Part shown: positions 59,501 through 64,000 of the stretch, in pieces | Numbering within the stretch: the stretch's first letter is position 1 | Layout: each line of letters starts with the position of its first letter | Assembly (NCBI GenBank): GCA_046497075.1 | Contig: JAWOGF010000050.1 | Coordinates: 17,772 to 81,771 of the forward strand | DNA length: 64,000 bases | Reading direction: 5' to 3' | Source: Candidatus Saliniplasma sp. | GTDB taxonomy: Archaea > Thermoplasmatota > Thermoplasmata > Halarchaeoplasmatales > Halarchaeoplasmataceae | Notes under the pieces: model-generated | Told to the model about the DNA's origin: nothing | Seen by the model: only the letters and a program-made list of their open reading frames with translations | The model's database searches: none | Translations under genes and position numbers: made by a program

Positions 59501-59738
59501 ATTTTACAGAATCAAAGAAGAATTAGAGAAGGCAGAGGAGAGGCTGGAAAGTGCAGTCGAGATCGCTGATAATATCAATGATAAACGAAAAAAAGCAATA
59601 TTGGACTTCGAATCCGCATTGCTCCTTAAGAAAAAGGGAGAGGTAAAGCGTGCAAAGGACGTATTTCAGGACGCTTTTGATGCTTTTGAATCGATGGGGT
59701 TGGACTTATGGTCGAAAAAAGTAAGTAAAGAGATATAA
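56538..59738 (+). CDS. wHTH-AAA(STAND-like ATPase)-TPR regulator
   Basis: N-terminal SQSGIAE...VNRLLKKL...RKVYFLTDKG wHTH, FVDREEE, Walker A GKAGVGKT, VVFLDNLQW, TEGNPLY, FSH, and many TPRs (SLNNLGMVY, SLHNIGIVY). Confidence 0.88.
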   Translation: MILCSYSDKILIHLYGQDKYLDSLVVPQKLSQSGIAEYIDSDVPYVNRLLKKLKKNDLVRSDKRKVSETQRKRKVYFLTDKGKRIADKLISDLEEEDVTLIKGNEEREVKIRSLDEHLDVDNPIMFTLNNMDEEDRLIPEKIKTPEKDIFVDREEEKDSLKECLDIVRNHGARTIFIKGKAGVGKTRFVMDLESYFKSRGFKLLVGKSYYDTIDPYHPFNDAFEKILDDNEKKNQVPGVNSSSSTSKETRDKNFLDFQRRAKFYESTKWVKKIASEQPLVVFLDNLQWSDNATLRLLHYMTDNLGESPVLFIGSYRPEEVFSNHPLMDIKRRMSRRSLIKEIDIDRFDLSATQKIIESVIGVKGVPEDFVDKMYEETEGNPLYIKRSLKTLLEAGKVDPLKNKYPKEEIERINLKVFRRIIKRRVERLPQKTKNIIQVGSVIGEKVDLKLLSKVLDKNEFHLLDIIDTLLEADLWYDEPSKNRFSFSHKVVHDVVYENINKSKRIRVHKKTAESLKELEEDHLDEYFAALGYHYEKSRRFRSAMKYYQKGAEKAKDIYANEDALKMYEKALDLEEKVSTEDSTKISLLENIGDVHKMLGRYEAARNYYNKALKGTSDSEINQRFYRKIADTWEEQSDVSKIISATDKGLSLEGKTNEETCKLLKNKGWAYLRKGEYEEAYRYFEEEKEIAENLESEEDISRALHDLGTLEYYKNNFDKAVELLKRSIDIRKDIGLKKGLSASLNNLGMVYLRGGDQKEALNHWKEAYRINEDTNDRSGMAHSLHNIGIVYLNQGNLEEALDNYEKSIEIRKKIGDRSGEGVSLGSIGNIYVKKGEIKKGLEYYEEALSIFEEIGDKLRISTWLANKSDIYIDKGELDKAEEHLQKGYDRSREIGNEFNKGFIMNKLGVVYRERGELSKSIKVHKDSIKMGVEIENEELLMSSKVNLADDYLGEEKVRKADDLLKGLEECIKEIDNRETVLDYYRVTSKFYRIKEELEKAEERLESAVEIADNINDKRKKAILDFESALLLKKKGEVKRAKDVFQDAFDAFESMGLDLWSKKVSKEI

Positions 59739-60262
59739 GAGCGGTTATCATTCTATTGAGTGAACGTGTACAGATAGGGTGAGATCCCTTGAGTTCCTGG
59801 ATATCGTTGACGCAGTCGCCTATCAGCAACAATATGACCATGGTTCTTGAGGAGATCGATATTGTGATCAGAGTTATTTACGATGATTACCTAGACTTGC
59901 CAAAAGAGACATCGATGAAAGTGAGTAGGAACCACCTCAACGTGCTGGACGATCCGGGACCCTAGGTAAAGATAAAGTCTCTAGGAGACTGTGCGGGGCC
60001 ATCATACAAATTTGGATCTGCACAAGTAATAATACCCTCTTTTCTTATTTTTTTTAAGTCACTCATATTTTTTATTAAACAATTGATTGAGCAAGGAAGA
60101 GAGATGAGAAGGAGTCGGGCTAGGATTTTAGAATCCCCTAGAAAAAACTTCAAAATACTACAAAAGATCATACTATGCTAAATCAGTTAAAAGAAATTAT
60201 TTAATGTTTGCCTGGTATATATTTCGATAGTTTTTTAATCCCTATACCTATTTACCACTAAA

Positions 60263-61276
60263 ATGATAAAGGAGTACCTTAAACTCTCACGGCTTTTTAA
60301 CATGGGTCTTACAGGAGTAGCGCCGATATTCGGTGCCCTAGCCATGTGGAATGTCGGACGCACGTCGATCCTTGGCGTTATAATACTCTTTGTTATCGGC
60401 TGTCTTTCTCACATATATGGTTTTGTGCTGAATGACGTCATAGATGTCGATATGGACAAACTATCGAGTGACCTGAAGGCAAGGCCTCTAGTCAGCGGAA
60501 CGATAACGAGAAGGGAGGCTACCTACTTTGCGGTTTCAGCGATGATCTTATCCTGGATCTTAGCTCTATTCTTCTACGAAGAGCTTTGGCGATTTTTAGT
60601 AATCATTTCGATACTGATCCTTGCAGATTTCCTCTCAACGATCTATAATTTCATTAGCAAAAAATACCCAGGGATGGATATATTTGTGACAGGTGCCGTC
60701 TTCTTCCTCATAATATTCGGTGGGGCAACCGTATCAACTGAAAAATTATTCTCGACTCCGATCCTGTGGATAGTAGCTTCTATAGGTAGTATACAGGTGT
60801 TGTTCATGAACATGATAAACGGGGCCTTGAAGGATATAGACCACGACGCGGAAGGTAGTGGTAGAACACTCGCGATCCGATTAGGAGCGAAAGTGAGTGA
60901 TGAAAAATTGATCATCCCCAACGCATTCAAGATCGCCGGTTACTCCATTGAAGGGTTAAGAACCGCTCTAGTGTTTCTTCCTTTCGTCATTCTATCAGAG
61001 CAGTTCTCACTTCTGTCATGGCAGATAGCCCTCCTACTAGGCCTCACGGTGATAACATTCTATCTTATCCATACGTTGTTCTCCCTGGATAAATTTGTAA
61101 GAGGAAAAGTCAGAAAGAAGATAGGTATCATCGTTATCTTCATGTACGCGTCGACGCCTGTGATGCTCTATTCTCTGCATCCCTATATAATATTGATAGC
61201 GCTCGTCCCACCACTATGGTTCCTATCCAGTAACACTTTCCTACACTCATCAGCATTCGAACCTGAAACCATGTGA
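60263..61276 (+). CDS. UbiA-family prenyltransferase
   Basis: LNDVIDVDMD...RPLVSG, YN and KDIDHD motifs; multi-TM. Confidence 0.9.
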   Translation: MIKEYLKLSRLFNMGLTGVAPIFGALAMWNVGRTSILGVIILFVIGCLSHIYGFVLNDVIDVDMDKLSSDLKARPLVSGTITRREATYFAVSAMILSWILALFFYEELWRFLVIISILILADFLSTIYNFISKKYPGMDIFVTGAVFFLIIFGGATVSTEKLFSTPILWIVASIGSIQVLFMNMINGALKDIDHDAEGSGRTLAIRLGAKVSDEKLIIPNAFKIAGYSIEGLRTALVFLPFVILSEQFSLLSWQIALLLGLTVITFYLIHTLFSLDKFVRGKVRKKIGIIVIFMYASTPVMLYSLHPYIILIALVPPLWFLSSNTFLHSSAFEPETM

Positions 61277-61573
61277 AGATCACAGCTCCTCCGATAGCTG
61301 TACGACAGAGTCCACTACAAAATCCATGCTGATTCCAGATGATTTTATACAATCGCCGACCATGTAAAGACCTTCTACGGGCGGTCCGAAGTCGGCTTTT
61401 CATTATCGATCGTCTTCGCAACACCGTTCGGATGGTGGATTTTCAGCTGGATAGCAAATTTCAGGCTATAGGGACATAAGGTCCGACATTTCTTGGAAAG
61501 CTAAGACTACATGTAAGTATATCTGTCCTTATAAAAATAGAGGGAAAATTGAAAATGGGTTGTTATCTCATGC

Positions 61574-64000
61574 TCATAGTCGTCGTTTCTTATTTTGATA
61601 GGCTGCCAAAGCTATGGATAAGGCCAATAGCATCAGGATCGAAGTGAATCCGGGCGTACCGTTATCCCCGTCACTTTCATCACCACCGTCTTTGTCCACT
61701 TCTTCAATGTTTACCGTCTCTGTCTGATCGCTAAATTCTATAGTATGTTTTCCTTCCTTTTCAAACTCATGAGTATAATCGAGATCCTCCGCCTCACCGG
61801 CTCCTAGTGTTATACTTTCGATCTCCTCACCATCTATCATCAATCCTAAAGATCCTTCAGCGTTTCCGACATTCTCCACATCGGCTGTTATGTTTAATTC
61901 GAGTCCGTTCTCTTCAATACTAAAGTAGGGTACTTCAAATTCTGCTACCAATTTTTCAAAGTTGACTGTTATCGATTTGTTTTCGTCCATCGTGATATTT
62001 ATCTCTAGCCCTTCTTCATCTTCAGGTACATTTCCAGTCCACTCTACGAATTCCCAGCCATCAACGGGCGTAGCTTCTACCATCACAATATCTCCCTCTT
62101 CATAGGTGTGGTTGCCTTCTGAAGGATATATGCTGCCCTCTCCGTCAACCTCTACAGTGAGATCATATGATTGGACTGAACTCTTTTCTTGGAAGAAAGC
62201 TGTTATCTCTTTATCTTCGTTCATCTTTACCGTTATCTCTTCCCCAGTCTTGTCGGTTCCGCTCCACCCGTCGAAGTACCAACCTTTATCTGGGTTGGCA
62301 GTTATCGTCACCTCTTTTCCTTCGATATGGGTATATTTTCCAGGTATAGGTTCAGTAGTGCCGCTTCCCTTTACACCGAGAGTTAAGTCGTACTCCTGTA
62401 GAACCATTACAGTTCTTTCATCCTTGGTGTCATCGCTGCTCACAATCAGATCGTATCCCCCAGCATCACCTTTTTCTGTCTGCCAGATGAAAGAAGCGGA
62501 ATGATCCTCTTCCGGTCCAAGCTGTAGTCCCGAGAAAGCATCCTCGTAAACCTTTCCTCCGTTATCATAAACGGTGAGCACTATATCTTGTGTACCTTCG
62601 CTTATTCCAGTGTTCTCTACTTCATAGTCGACTGTTATTTTATCTTCTTCAACAAAATTTTCTTCTCCTTCAGGTGAAGTGATATCTACATCGAAGTTCG
62701 CTCCTCCTGCTGTAGTGAAACTCCATGTCTTGGATTCGTAATTTTTGTCACCGCATTCAGCCACGGCGTACCACCCGTATGTAGTGTTGGGTTTTAAATC
62801 GTCCCAAGTAGTTCTAGCATAATCACCGCTGGATACTCTTTCTTCAGACCCTATGAAACCCCCGTCGGAACCGTAGAAATCGATGTCCATCTCTTCACCA
62901 TTTTGGTGACCGACGATCACGCTCAATTCTGTGTCCAAACCCACTCCTTCATTTCCATCTTTTGGCTCAGGGAACTTCGGGCTGTTATCGTGGTGTATAC
63001 TCAGAGTGGCCACAGCATATTCATCTTCCTCCCCGTCTATCTGTGCGATCAAACCAACAGATGAAAATTCATATGTGGTTTCAGTCATGTCTTCGGCTAT
63101 AGGCACCTCTATAACATTTTCAAAATATCCATTTTCATCGGTAGTAGTTTCCCATCTCTCTCGCGGTTCCGCTCCCTGACAGATATCGATGATAACGTGC
63201 TCATTAGCTTTATCCGGAAATTGTCCTGAAAGAGTGACTTCCTCTCCGACTTGTGCTTCTGATGGTTCTATAGATAATTCGTTGGTGGTCTCATGGACCT
63301 GATAGCCCGTGAGACTCCTTCTCATATCCCCCTGCTCTGTATGGCTGACCTCTTTCACTGGCATCCCGATGTCCGGGCTGTACCATATCTCTTGAGTTCC
63401 ATTACTATCACCTGATACAGTGTTATTTATGTGATAACATTCGAACTCACCAGCCGCTACCTGGACAGTTTCCTTAGTATCCACAGTGGTTTCACTTAGA
63501 GAGCTTGTATTTCCCTCAGTATGATTCTCCTGTGTATTATCGCCAACTTCGATCCTATTGTACCCCCAATTATGTATGGTTGTGTTGGCCCAAAATGAAT
63601 CGCCGATATTTACCGGGGAATCATAAGTTTCCGCTGGAGGACTGTAACTCTGATTCACGTATGACCATCCTTCTAGTTCACCGAAGGCCCCTTCGCCATA
63701 ATAATATCTCAACTTACGGCGTTCAACAACAGCTAGATCACTCATCCTCAGCAGATTATAACCTTCAATATGGCCTCCCTTGATATCTATATTAGTGGAT
63801 GATGTTTCTATATAACCATCAACGACCTCACCTTCTATGGAGATATTATACGCTAAATATGTCTCCCCCTCGTGGTCGATTTGCTCTATCGAGTCGACTG
63901 TGAAGTTGAGTACATCCTCGAAGTGCAAATATTGCTCCTCTTCTGTATTATTCGTCCAAACGAGATTATCATATGTCCAATAACTACCTATCTCCCAGGT
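61574..64000 (-). CDS. PGF-CTERM cell-surface protein with InlB-B-like repeats and CARDB/Ig domains, 5'-partial
   Basis: Frame stays open to base 64000 (TWEIGSYWTY...). C-terminus GTPGF + TM + KKRR. Two G.VTI.A.P..GW.F..W.G repeats. Confidence 0.85.
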   Translation of the reverse strand, partial: TWEIGSYWTYDNLVWTNNTEEEQYLHFEDVLNFTVDSIEQIDHEGETYLAYNISIEGEVVDGYIETSSTNIDIKGGHIEGYNLLRMSDLAVVERRKLRYYYGEGAFGELEGWSYVNQSYSPPAETYDSPVNIGDSFWANTTIHNWGYNRIEVGDNTQENHTEGNTSSLSETTVDTKETVQVAAGEFECYHINNTVSGDSNGTQEIWYSPDIGMPVKEVSHTEQGDMRRSLTGYQVHETTNELSIEPSEAQVGEEVTLSGQFPDKANEHVIIDICQGAEPRERWETTTDENGYFENVIEVPIAEDMTETTYEFSSVGLIAQIDGEEDEYAVATLSIHHDNSPKFPEPKDGNEGVGLDTELSVIVGHQNGEEMDIDFYGSDGGFIGSEERVSSGDYARTTWDDLKPNTTYGWYAVAECGDKNYESKTWSFTTAGGANFDVDITSPEGEENFVEEDKITVDYEVENTGISEGTQDIVLTVYDNGGKVYEDAFSGLQLGPEEDHSASFIWQTEKGDAGGYDLIVSSDDTKDERTVMVLQEYDLTLGVKGSGTTEPIPGKYTHIEGKEVTITANPDKGWYFDGWSGTDKTGEEITVKMNEDKEITAFFQEKSSVQSYDLTVEVDGEGSIYPSEGNHTYEEGDIVMVEATPVDGWEFVEWTGNVPEDEEGLEINITMDENKSITVNFEKLVAEFEVPYFSIEENGLELNITADVENVGNAEGSLGLMIDGEEIESITLGAGEAEDLDYTHEFEKEGKHTIEFSDQTETVNIEEVDKDGGDESDGDNGTPGFTSILMLLALSIALAAYQNKKRRL

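Noticed and set aside
59740..60260. Short ORFs between the TPR regulator and the UbiA gene
   Set aside because: No recognisable motifs or convincing RBS; may be decayed sequence and cannot be supported.
61277..61573. Possible gene remnant or ncRNA after the UbiA gene
   Set aside because: Short frames without recognisable similarity and no clear stable structure by eye.

Overview
Gene-dense, AT-rich chromosomal window from an archaeon. The evidence is an ipk-fni-GGPP synthase operon, fibrillarin, Dph6, a tRNA-Glu with a bulge-helix-bulge intron, a PGF-CTERM surface protein and DUF835. The gene set and very acidic proteins suggest an anaerobic, probably halophilic Thermoplasmata-type organism (inference). 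Most of the window is housekeeping and peptide-fermentation genes (hypD-type glycyl radical enzyme and activase, glyA, gcvH, tldD/pmbA, a 2200-aa gingipain-like protease). There is also a small decaying accessory island at about 45.6-49.5 kb. The most unusual element is 28004..29782(-): an intact bacterial DnaA-type AAA+ core with an archaeal DUF2226/PATAN-like domain in place of DnaA domain I and a DUF835 domain in place of the DNA-binding domain IV. This looks like a replication-initiator ATPase re-wired as a signalling module. Also notable are a two-gene operon of giant headless coiled-coil proteins, a hairpin-rich mini-element flanked by a duplicated tRNA 3' end, a CBS-HPF hibernation factor, a catalytically dead TraB/Tiki homologue and three microproteins missing from the ORF track. 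No CRISPR array, rRNA, integrase or transposase was seen. All family assignments come from motif recognition by eye, not from database searches.
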